Shown in pieces: positions 24,856-36,500 of a stretch of DNA of 64,000 bases. The DNA is from Neoechinorhynchus agilis (taxonomy: Eukaryota; Animalia; Acanthocephala), in assembly GCA_051530055.1 (NCBI GenBank), contig CM121342.1, positions 15,329,480-15,393,479 of the forward strand, given 5' to 3'. Within the stretch, counting starts at the first letter, position 1, and each line of letters starts with the position of its first letter. A model generated the notes under the pieces. The model did no database searches, was not told the DNA's origin, and saw only the letters and a program-made list of their open reading frames with translations. The position numbers and the translations under genes are program-made.

Positions 24856-26201
24856 TTATGTTAAATCTTCAAACAATAAATTGATGAAAAGAAATTCCCG
24901 ATTAACTGAATCAAAAGCTTTGTTAATATTATTATTTTAAAAATAAAATCGAATCTTTCTTATGGAAATTATTTATAACAAAAATTACGATCAAGTTGGA
25001 TAACGACAAAATTATACTCTCCTCGAAGGACGGGAATCCAATCAGACAATTACATAGAAACGACGCCATTCCCACAGACAAAACAAAAATCACCTATAAA
25101 GCAATAACATCATCTATACCAATGGTGTAAACAAACTTCCTATCAAATCTCATAATAATAGCCTTTGTTATCTCGATTTTTTACTATAATTTATACGCTG
25201 TATTCCGTCAAGGTAAACGTTCTTCCTAAATACCTTTTGTTATTTGACTGCTTCTTATAAGCCGAGTCAAGGATGGGAGACCTGAGCTCTCATGGCTTCT
25301 AAGGATGTTGAATTATCCCACGGAGGATCAATAGTTTCGTTATTTATTTCCTGATCTCTCGGTTCGGAGATTAGCCTTATGGACGTCAGGAGGGACGTAA
25401 AAGGTTAAACAATCTCAATATATGGACAAATAACCAACACACAAAGGAAGATTCTTACTACGAACTATGTGGTATCCCTCTGACCAGATATTACCTCCCG
25501 AACGGGCATCCCGTGACTGCATATTCCCATATTATCGGATGAGGACTCAAAGGCACATGGGTCCTCCTAACTTTTTGTATTTTCAGCCACCAACCTTCCT
25601 AACCTGATTGGATATTTCCCCGCTCGACCGGACCTGTTATGGACTCCAAATCAACTGCCACATTCATTTAAAAAATAAGAACTCGGGTATTCATGAGAAC
25701 CCAAAGGTACATGGGTTCTAATAAAACGTGTTAATAAATAACGCTGAGGCCTCTTCTAAAAAATTTTAAAACGAGGGCCCAAAGGTATATTATGATCCCA
25801 AGGATATGCCTGCGATTGAAATTCCAATGCTGGTACTTCAATGGTAGTTCTAAATGGCCTAAAGATTCTGATTAGCTGTGCAGCGGCTATAGGCCTTGAA
25901 ATTAAACCTAAAACGGTATTAGATCATGCCCTTGAATGCTTCTAATACCGAAACCTCGAATATAGGGAGCCTATTCAACTTGGTCGCTCCGGGAATCTGA
26001 TAAATCAACACGAACAAGCAGAAATCGTACGTTTGTATGTGACAGCGAAGAAGATAACGAAGAAGGATCTTACGTTTTGCTCCCTTATTCACAGAAATCA
26101 CTAAATAAGTCATAATCATCAGACAATGAAAAGAGTTAACGCAACAGTACGTCACGCACGTGAGAAAAAACCCAACGTGATACGTCACACGATTCAGTGA
26201 C

Positions 26202-26202
<1 letters not shown>

Positions 26203-26244
<42 letters not shown>
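26203..26244 (+). repeat. (CAA)14 microsatellite
   Basis: 14 perfect units counted directly. Confidence 0.95.
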
Positions 26245-26710
26245 CGGAGGAGGACAGTGTTCCTCGGAAGCAACAAAACGGAGAACTTTTAGGGACTCAG
26301 GCTCCGGCGACCGCCGCAACCATCAATCGTCACCATTGAGCGTTTGGATTTCCAAAATCAAGCAATCGGCACCTAAATCACGACACTCCAAAGGGCTTAG
26401 GATCCTCATTCCCCGTTCCTTTATGATGGAAAGCAACAAATAATTGAATTGCTCTCCCATTGAGGAACTTAGAGACGAAAACTACAACGAATTCGAGACG
26501 ACTACGATATGATTTCCTCGACGACTTTAATGTGTTATTCTAAGATTTCCGATTTAGTGACGTTTTTATAATTTTGAACAAAAGAATTTAAATGTGCGCT
26601 GTTGATAAGAAGAAGTAAAGTAGTTCAGTCTGACGAAAACTCAAGTGCTTATTCTTCATTGAATGCGTTCGTTTTCTTTTTAAAGAGAAGCGCTACTGTT
26701 TGACTTTTAG

Positions 26711-29700
26711 ATGGAACAAACGCAGGAGATGTTGATGGATGTTTGTTTGGGAAAGATCAAACAGCAATCTTACGCCATAAAACAATCGTTTGCATCTGGA
26801 GAAGTTCATCAGGTCGTATCTTTGGCGAGTGAAATGCTTCTTGAGCTTAGAACGGCTAAACTGTCACCAAAGAATTACTATCAATTGTTTGTCACAATCA
26901 CCGACGAACTTCGCTTCATAGAGATGAGTCTAATGGACGAATATCGCAAAAATTCAAATTCTCTGTTAAATCTCTATGAGTTCGTCCAATACAATCCGTT
27001 CGGACTTAATCGCCTTTACCTCATGATCACTATCGGAATGGTTTATATTCGGAACAATATCTTACCGGTCGACGCAGTCCTTCGCGATCTTGTAGAAATG
27101 TGCCGCGGTGTTCAAAACCCATTAAGGGGTCTTTTCCTAAGGACGTTCTTACTTCAAGCAACCAAAAACGTCATGAAAGATCTTCAGAAACACGACGATG
27201 CAATCGACGCCATCGAGTTTATTTTAATCAATTTTTCGGAAATGAATAAACTCTGGGTCAGAATGCAGCACCTTGGTCACTCGAGTGAGCTTGTGAGACG
27301 AGAACAAGAGCGCAAAGAACTCAAATTATTGGTTGGTTCTAACCTACTTCGATTAAGTCAACTAGATCAACTCAACGTACGTTCCTATGAAGATGTAAGC
27401 CTTTCTTTCAATGCTTTTAGAATGCATCTAAAGCAAGTACTTTAGAGAATTTTACCTGCTGTGCTTCAGCAAATCACATGCTGCCGCGATCCAATCGCTC
27501 AGGAATATCTTCTTGAATGCGTTGTACAGGTAGGCGAAATCGTCAGTGTTCATCCCACTTCATTAAACGTTTTGTTGGAGATTGGTGATTATAATTCCTT
27601 AGATATAACATTGTAGAGATATTTCGTGGGAAGATTACTTCTAAAACTTATAAGATGAGTGACGAGGCGAGGCTTTCTAACGAAATCAATTCAATAAAAT
27701 ATGTTTCATCCGGCGATCACCACCTCGCCAACCCTACATCCCCGAAGGATTTTCTCCTGATGACTAAAGACGTTTGATTCGATCGGACTTTTTTCAGGTT
27801 TTCTTGAGTACTTTAACTTGTTGACGATGTGGTTATCATAATCTCTCGGATAAAACATTGTAGAGATATTTCGTGGGGAAGCTGTCGTCTAAAACTTATA
27901 AGATGACTGATGAGACGAGGCTTTCTAACGAAATCAATTCAATAAAATATGTTTTATCCGGTTACAAACACCTCGCCAACCCTACATCCCCGGAGGATTT
28001 TCTCTTGATGACTGAAGACGTTTGATTCCATGGGCCTGCTTACATCCCGACGATGATTTTTTGCCTTTATGTACGTTTTTAGTTGAATACATTAAGTAGC
28101 CACATAATGAACTATAGTAGACGTTTGTTGTCAATAATGCCTCCAATACTCTTTGCTTCCCTCTTCTATGTTCGAAATTACGATATTAGTCTACTCTTTG
28201 AAGTTGCTTGAACTCTTGCCTCGTAATTTCAATTTTTTAACACGAGAAGAATTTCGATGAGGTGTTGAAGATAGAAGTGGTTACTCGGTTGTCAGGCGCA
28301 TTATAGGTGAATCACAAATCGATTTTATTCTTTCCATGTAACAAAAATCTTGGTCATAGAGTTTTTATTGCTTTGGTGATTTTGAGAGTGAAACGAATGC
28401 TACCTATAATTTAAGAAAGATTGAAATTATTGCATTTTTAGCCTGTATAATGGTGTAGTGGGAAAACATAAAGTTCTTGTTTTTTCATTTTTATGTTGAC
28501 TATGTAATATTTAAGCAAATCGCAATCGTCGTTGTTCGTTCAACAATGTTTTCGATCGATTGTCGAAATCCGTTGGATCGCATATAAGAGATGCAAATGT
28601 AGTTTCCTTCTTGACATCTTGGTAGATGTTGAATGTGATTTTTCAATTCTTAGGTCTTTCCTGATGCCTTCCATATACAAACTCTCGGCAAATTAATCGA
28701 TGCCATTATTGCCCTTCACCATAATGTGAATATCAATAATTTGGTTAATGTTTTGAGCAACAGGTGAGTTGTGATTATCGCTTTTTCGTTCCATTTTTAA
28801 TTTATTTGCCAGATTGGCTGACTATGCTAATACCGATGAAGGTCGTCAACGATTCAAATCGGATAACCTCATTCAAGTGTATATGAATCACATAAATCGT
28901 CTTATAACTCATCGGTCCCAACTTTCGTCCGAGGAAGCAATCAGTCTTTTTGGCTGCATGCTAAATCTTTGTGCCCGAAACCCTCTTGACCGTTTGAACA
29001 ATGTCCGCCACGTATTTAACCAAATCGAAAACTATATGACCGGTGTCAATGCTCTTAAATTGACTTCAACTTCGCCGTTTGGAAAGGAGACTTTAAGACT
29101 TTTAAAGCAAGTGGTTGACTCTTACAGTGATCTCCTTGAGCTTCTGTCTATTGATGGATTTACTGCAGTTACCAAGAAACTCGAAATGAACCCTGGACAA
29201 AAAGATGTTGCTCTTCACATCCTCTTTACAATGACAGAACGCGGAATCGTGATTGAAGACGACGGTCAAAAATTCGACCTCGTCACACGAGCCACTGAAT
29301 GTCTTTTTGAAGCAGAACTGTCTTCGTGCCTACTCAGCGAAGAAATCGAACTCTTTGCTGTTCTTCCTAACTTAGTTCGTTTAAAAGACCATAAAACTCA
29401 GGCCAGTATCCTTGAATCATTGATCGAAAAATATAAGAAAAGTACACCTACGATTGGTATTACGTTGACATCCGCTGTATTTTCCGCCTACGCAATGCTT
29501 GACCGTACTCGTGACCTGGAAGGCGTGGATAATGACTTCTATGATTACGTGTTCAGGCAAATTTGCTTTCAATCAATTAATGAGCTTATTGAACTAGACT
29601 ATGCCGAAATGCCTTTACGGTTGTTTACAACCGGTGCTGTACTGGCAGCAAAACTCAATTTTAGCTCCTCAGAGACAATTAGCTATGAATTTATCACTCA

Positions 29701-30939
29701 GGCGTACACACTGTTTGAAGACCGAATACACGAGAGTCGATGCCAATCAACTGCTTTGGCTACAATTTACTCGGCCGTCCAAGAAATGCGTGGATTCTTT
29801 AATGAAGAAACAGAATCGATCCTCTGTAGGCGATTGTCGCAAGCTACTTCTCAATTACTAAGAAAAGCCGATCAATCGAGATTGCTGACTTTGGCATCTC
29901 AGCTGTTTTGGAAAAGCGATGCAGGAAAAATTCACGAGCGAGTTAGAGTTATCGTGCTCGCTTGCTTTTCGGGTAGTATCTTAACGTTTTTGTTGTCATC
30001 TAAACCCGTCTAGCAGCTTATGGCATTTTTCTAGGCGAAAAAATCGTATGAGTCAATCTGCACGATTGTCTGTTGTTTTTTCTAAGAAAATGATACAAAA
30101 AATGGGTGCAAATATACATGAGTTACGGAATTTGTTTCCTATAATCTTGCGATCTAAAATGACTGCAAATTTTATACGATCTAAATCGACTTTGAATTCT
30201 CGTATTAATACTTTGACTTTTAAGCTTAGAGCACATATTTTCTTGGTTAATTTTATGCAGTCTAACTTTTTAAAGAAATCACCATCGAATGGGGTTTTCT
30301 AATTGCGTGATTAATATTTCCCACCCTTATAATAAATTTCTCGGGTTCGAATTGTTGACTACTTCAAAGAGGTAAGGTAAACAGGTGCGAATTTGGATAT
30401 TATCCAATTTATGAGATATTTGGCACCAATACTTAAATTGGAATAGTGACACCAACATTTTTAATAGTCGGAAAGTTACTCGAAATCCTAATCTGCAGAT
30501 GGTCAACCGCCACTTTGATGCATTTATTGATGGTTTTTTCTCTCGATAAATTCTAATTAATTTTAAACTAAATTGTTCGCATTTATTATGACAACCATAA
30601 ATATGTTACAAACAAATATTTCCAATATTGAGCACGATGGCTGATAGTGGATGTTTATCTCAAGCTAAGAAATCTGCGTGCCAATGTCTTGATCACGCAA
30701 CACAATGCCAGTTATTGATTGAGATATTGGATCGATGTGCTTTTTACCTACGCGATGGCAAAAATCACCAAGTTGTTGTAAGCGCTTTGAAGCCAGTGAT
30801 CGATGACGTTGTAAATGAAGTGGAGACGCGATTGGCTAAGGCATTTTCCTCTCAGCGAATGACGATTGGATCAGTGCACAATGAGCAACTGAAGGATCAG
30901 TTCGAGAATATTCGTCGGGTAATTGTGAAACTTCTTTAA
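26711..30939 (+). CDS. VPS35: Retromer subunit VPS35; exons 26711-27394, 27446-27529, 28654-28763, 28813-29941, (30035-30045?), 30648-30939
   Basis: LRT..LSPKNYY, DLVEMCRGVQNPLRGLFLR, NFSEMNKLWVRMQH, AQEYLLECVVQ|VFPDAFHIQTL, LLRKADQSR, CQLLIEILDR. Junctions are canonical and in frame; the micro-exon is inferred. Confidence 0.95.
27609..28028. repeat. Imperfect tandem duplication (period 247 bp) in VPS35 intron 2
   Basis: The ~175-bp block cattgtagagatatttcgtggg...aagacgtttgattc starts at 27609 and again at 27856. Confidence 0.85.
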
Positions 30940-31184
30940 ATATGAGGATTTTGCACAACATAAACCCCTTATTTCAGGGAGCGATTATTGAGCGTATAGG
31001 ATACCAGGGTAGTTCGGGTGCCTTATCATCAATCTGAGAAACTAGTTTCCAAAACAACACAAATACAAGGAGTTTTTTCAGCGACGGCGCACTAGCCAAG
31101 AGTGTTCCATCGCTGTTTAGGATTGTGCATTTTATTAGGTCCAACAAATGTTATACTTTCAATCTCTTTCCGGTTCGTTTTTAG

Positions 31185-31641
31185 ATGGCTCGATTTAGAG
31201 CTACAACATGGGATCCAGAAATGATCGTTGCTCAAATTGCGTTTTTTCAATTCTTTTATTACGCATGTCTGACCGCAATAATGGCCGCCGTTTCATTTCT
31301 CATGCCATCATTTAAAGAAACTCTTAATGTTGGAACTGTATTCACGCCGCATCAGTCTCCTTTCATCGTAATCTTATCTACGACTCTTTCCTCGTTCCCA
31401 TGGTATGTAATCGTACAAACTTAATCGATCTAACTTCCATTGTTAAAGTGCACTCGGACTTTTGTTCGCAGTCGGCCGATACAAACAATGTCTCGATTTC
31501 ACTCTTACCTGCGAAATAATCCACTTGCTCTTAACCGCCTTCTACTGCCATCAAATTCCAAGACATCTCGCGTGGTGGGCGAGCCAGCTCGTCTTTGTTA
31601 CAATTACAACATTTCTAGCAGAATATCTTTGTAAACTTTAG
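31185..31641 (+). CDS. SYS1: Golgi membrane protein SYS1; exons 31185-31402, 31449-31641
   Basis: FRATTWDPEMIVAQI..Q.FYY, C|ALGLLF..GRYKQCLDFT.T, WW, AEYLC. The intron is 46 nt. The 3' end is uncertain (see findings). Confidence 0.9.
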
Positions 31642-32568
31642 CTGCATAACTTTTGTAAAGCTCGTAGTTGTGCTGCTTTAGTATCAGAGACAAGAAATGA
31701 GAGAAATTCCGCTGAGTATCGTTTGACAGAGAATGAGCGAGATATGTGTAATATAGAAAAAACGATCGATATTGAGTCTTTATCAAATTTTTGCAAGTAT
31801 CGTTCGTCAAAGGTCAGGCAAATTTGAAAGAAGCGTACATTTAAAATTGTTTTGGACAAGGCGAAATAAGGAAAATAATTAAATTTTTTTGTCGTCCTCT
31901 ACGTGGGACTTCTCCATAATTGTAAATTGGAGAAGGCCCACTTAGATGATGAAATATTAATGAAATTATTTTCTTTATTTCGCTTTGACCAAAACAATCT
32001 ATGGATAATATCTTTACCCTTACTGTAAATACAATTTTATTCTTTTCGTCTAAAACCCATCTTCTTGATTCATCTGATGTATTGTTAAATTTGGTTCATA
32101 TTATAATCCTAATTCTTTGGATTTTACGTTTAATTTAAAAAGTAGCGACATTAGATCGGGCATTTTTTAGAGCGTTTTCTACTTTTAGGTCCTCGTTTAT
32201 GTGAATGATATTATTAAACAAACATTTTTTTCATTGCTTACTTTCTCATTTCCTTTATAGGGCAAAGTACCCGTTTGCGATACTCGCAAAGCTTGGTGAA
32301 AACGGGAAAGGGCAATACTCACCAATCAGTCAGTCAATTGTCTAGCGAAATATAAGGTCACCTCCCAGTTTCTGGTAGAGCTAAAGGAGGCTTTGACGGA
32401 GGATGAATACAACCCATTGATAGTTTAGAACGGCTTTCCTCCACGAGTTCGGAAACTTTAACAATGGAAACAGTTAGCTAATTTTGTTACTCTAGAATAC
32501 AGTTATGTGCGTGTGCTACGTTACTTTGATTGACTTTTCATGCTTTTCTCTCTTTTTTGATTTAAGAC

Positions 32569-33248
32569 ATGATTATCTCCCGTTTGAGCGGAATTCTCAG
32601 CCGCCGCGTTATAAATTCAATAAACTGTCGCCGCACAAAGGTGACCCAAGAAGATATTGAAAATGAGTACCATCAGCAGACTTTATATTACCCTTACATT
32701 GGTAATCAGTGACTATTCAATTTTTATCCTTTCATTAATCACTTTCAGGTGCCCGTGAGATTTTGTGTAAGACGAGCCATGCGCGTGTTGGGTATTGGGA
32801 TGATCCTCGCGAGCCGTGTGCCGAAGTCCGCTACGGCCTTGATACTCCTGAAATGCGTGAACTTAAACAAAAAGAACGAGATAGTCACTGGAGCGAATTG
32901 AGTTTGGACGAAAAGAGGCGTTTGTACCGTCATAGTTTCAGACAAACCATATCTGAGATTACCGCTCCGAACTATGAATGGATTTGGGTAAGTGGAGTCA
33001 CTCTAATCCTCATTTCTATTTGTATTATCGCCAACGGAATTGTAAGAAAGACTTCAAGTAAGTTGAACTTTTCCTTAAAACATTCCTTATTAACATTCGT
33101 AGTGATTGATTATACTAATGCTCCTCCAAGAGATGAGGAAATGCAGAAAAAATATTTGATCAGAACTATTCAGCAAGGACAGAATAAAATTACAGGAATC
33201 GCATCTCATTGGGATTATGAACGCGGAACATGGAAATGGAATCCATAA
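32569..33248 (+). CDS. COX4: Cytochrome c oxidase subunit 4; exons 32569-32701, 32749-33057, 33103-33248
   Basis: Basic N-terminal targeting-like peptide, IG|AREI, WSELSLDEKRRLYRHSFRQTISE, one TM helix, and ITGIASHWDYERGTWK. Confidence 0.92.
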
Positions 33249-33559
33249 CTTTAATACTTACTCTAAACGATTTTCAAAATACATAGAATTTAACTCGTTT
33301 GAGCATAGTTTTAATGGTCCTTGATATAAGAAATCTGAGTATACTTTGTTAGACTGGAAGAGAACAATATCAAAAAGCTTGGCATAATCGTTTCTATTGA
33401 CGCTGAGGTTATTTTTTTTTAATTTTGAGCGTATATAAAGTACGCAGAAATAGAAACGACCGCAGTATTTTAATCAAGGCGTTCATGATTTTAGTCTTCT
33501 GGTTACAAGAAGAAGTATTGGCAGAATGCATTATCGTTGCGATTTTACGGTTAATAATT

Positions 33560-36500
33560 CTAAATACGAGTAATAGCTTTATAAATCCACATTTTAGTCT
33601 TCACGATCTTATCGCTCGACTGAAGCTAAAACAATGATCGTTAAAATCCATGGAACAATCTTTTGTTTAATATGATACGATGTTGGTAATTTTGAGAAAA
33701 AAGGTTCGCTTATAGTTTTACCCTCTAACATTACTTTTTATTACTTTTCCGAAATTCTTAACCCCTCAATTTCAACAAGCAGTAAAATATCTCCCCTATA
33801 TAAGATATGCTCATTTCGTTTAAGATTTTTCTTGTACTCCGCAACCAGTTCCATCCGTGTTTCATTTCATCCATCTGATTCGCACTCAATGCCATTCTAA
33901 AAAGCCATTGAACTATTTCGGACTAAAAATAGAGCAGCAAATATAATCGAATTAATGTGGCTGATTTAAAACTTGCATCTGAGATATCTGCACTCCCAAT
34001 AACTGCTCTCATTAGTTCTCGGCTTTGCTGATCGCAGTCGGTAAGTCGACTGTGATTTTGGATTTGATCTTTGAGATCAGATAGTAAAGCAAAGCATAAT
34101 GCATCGTAGAAACCACGTTCTTGTCGAATGGTGTCTAAAGTTAATAGAGGTAAAATGGTTTTTGAAAGCGTTTTAAATATTTCTCTGAAAAATATTGATG
34201 CATAAAGCAAACAGATAAAACCTAAATACGTCAAGTACTTAATCTGGAATAATGAAATTATATAAAATTAGCTTGATTTATTAGTAAATGATCTTTATGA
34301 AAAAGTTTGAGGTGACTTTTATTCGGCTGTGTCAATTAAAAAATGTGGCTTTATAAACGGATACTCGTGAAATTTCTTCGTTGCATTTTGAAGGAAACTA
34401 CAAAGGGGATCATTAATGTTTGAGGTAAAGTTGTGATGTGAAATGTAATGAAACCGAATAATGGTATTAAAGATTTCCGAAGAGCAAAATCTAATTTTCT
34501 GTTTTCTTAAGTAATCGTGGAATATACAAAGTTTTATATCGCATAAACCACGGAGTCGTTCAAAATGAGAAGAGGTATTGTCATACCTTTTTTGTCCAAT
34601 AAATCATTTAAAATTACACCATAAAAGTTACATTTTGCCGCCTGTGTAGCCACACAATCATTGATACCTTAAGCGAGAAAGCGGGAATAGATATAATAAA
34701 AAAGAATATTTTGAACCTAAATTGATATCAACCATTCCGACGAAATCATTAGTAACCGGGATTTTTATCAATACGATGAAATGCGTCTCATCCATCAGGT
34801 CGACAATACAACTTTCCTTTAATCTCAGACAATCGAACAAATATTGACTAATGTTGTGAAATTTAGTTGTTGACTTTCACCTGACTTTCTTACTATTTAA
34901 TAGTTTTGGATTCCAATATGATTTTATAAATCGAGCCGGTTTCTTGTTCGTTTATGGCTACAATGTCTAATGTGCCTTCTCTATCAGCAACTTTTTTTAT
35001 CCAATAGAAGTTGATATGTTTTATTTTCTACGCACAAGAAAACGCACATTTTTCACTTATTTTGCAAAATCCTTCGAGGGTTTTGTACAACTTACATTTA
35101 CACATCTCTTTACAATAATATCTGAGAATTCTTTATATATTCTTCGGACATGGCATAGACTTCTTAAAACGACTGCATGGTTCGATAGGATGTGCGCAAC
35201 CAACTAAATTCGATTAGGTGAATTTATTCAAGAGTTTACTTATTTTCGGTTGTCAAAAAATACGAGAACGGGCGAAATAAGCTAAAACGAACGTTTAGTC
35301 TCAGGGATTATTCAAGTATTGGCTTCTCCCCATTAGACTTTGACTGGAATGATCTGAGAACGAGACACATTGAGTGTTGCACCTCATCAGATTAAAAAAT
35401 TTAAGAGGAGGAAAATGCGTTATGCTCGTACATTCTTGCTAACCCATATATGAACCATATTTTCTTTTCGTATTTTTTCCACTTGTCCTCGAAATTTTAT
35501 ATCAATCACAAGTACTCCAAAGCACTCTTGATTTGGATTAAACAACGGGCACGTAATTCGGTATCCATTCGTTAGTTCGTTTTTACTTGTTGACAGAAAA
35601 AATGCTCTCCTAGATGTTATAATTTTTCCTTTTGTTTTAGCCATAAATCTAAAATAAAACTTAAATTTTTTATATTAAATATGGACTTCTAACCCCATTG
35701 GAAATTCCTTTTGATTTAGTTGTTCACCCGGATTCATCCGACGATCAGTTGAACACCAAACTATTAGATAACGACCGGATTTGTGAAATGTGAGTAATGT
35801 TGCATCGTGTGCACTATCCATAGATCCGAAGTCCTGTTGTAGTTATAGTTTAAAAATAGAACGACAAAAATCTTGGAATTTTCTCTTTAAAGTTTTTAAG
35901 ATTCCTGCCAATTCTCTAGGTCATTATTTGCGAACTGTAATGTCAATTGAGACTACGAAATGTTAAATTGAGCGAGGTTTTATAACTTCCGAATTGAATT
36001 TTAATCCAAAAATTATGTTGTTATGTTAAGTTAGCAAGAATTACTTTAAAAAGAAATAATAAATCATAAAAAGCAAAAAATAGAATCACAAATCTCAAAG
36101 ACATGCAATCCAAAAACTGTGTTTTTGATTTTGGATGCTAATTTTTGATAACTTAAATTTGTTTGAAAAATTTCGCTTTTATGTATCAACACATTGAAAC
36201 CTCTCGCCGTTGAGACAATTGATGCCTTCCGGCCGAACACCGCAGAATTTTTAACGAAGGTTGGAAATTGGTTTGTCGCGACAACAACAAAGGATCCCGT
36301 GAATCCAACTATTTTTACCAGAGAATTGGCGATTCGGAAAAAGAATGCTAAATGCATTCTAGTAAAGATGTTCCTCCGTTTCCACCGAAACTTTGAGCGT
36401 TCGAAATTCTAACTAAAGAACGTGTTCGGTTTTAAATAACCAAATTCCCTATTCTCAAATATTAAAACCCCTTTATTGAAGAGGAGTCATGCTTACCTCT

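Noticed and set aside
26245-26440. Open frame after the CAA repeat (poly-Asn/Gln/Thr protein)
   Set aside because: No start codon or splice support and no recognisable domain.
30990-31110. Possible PLE scraps here and at ~32280-32460 (VRVPY, NGFP)
   Set aside because: Only 4-5-residue matches; too weak to support.
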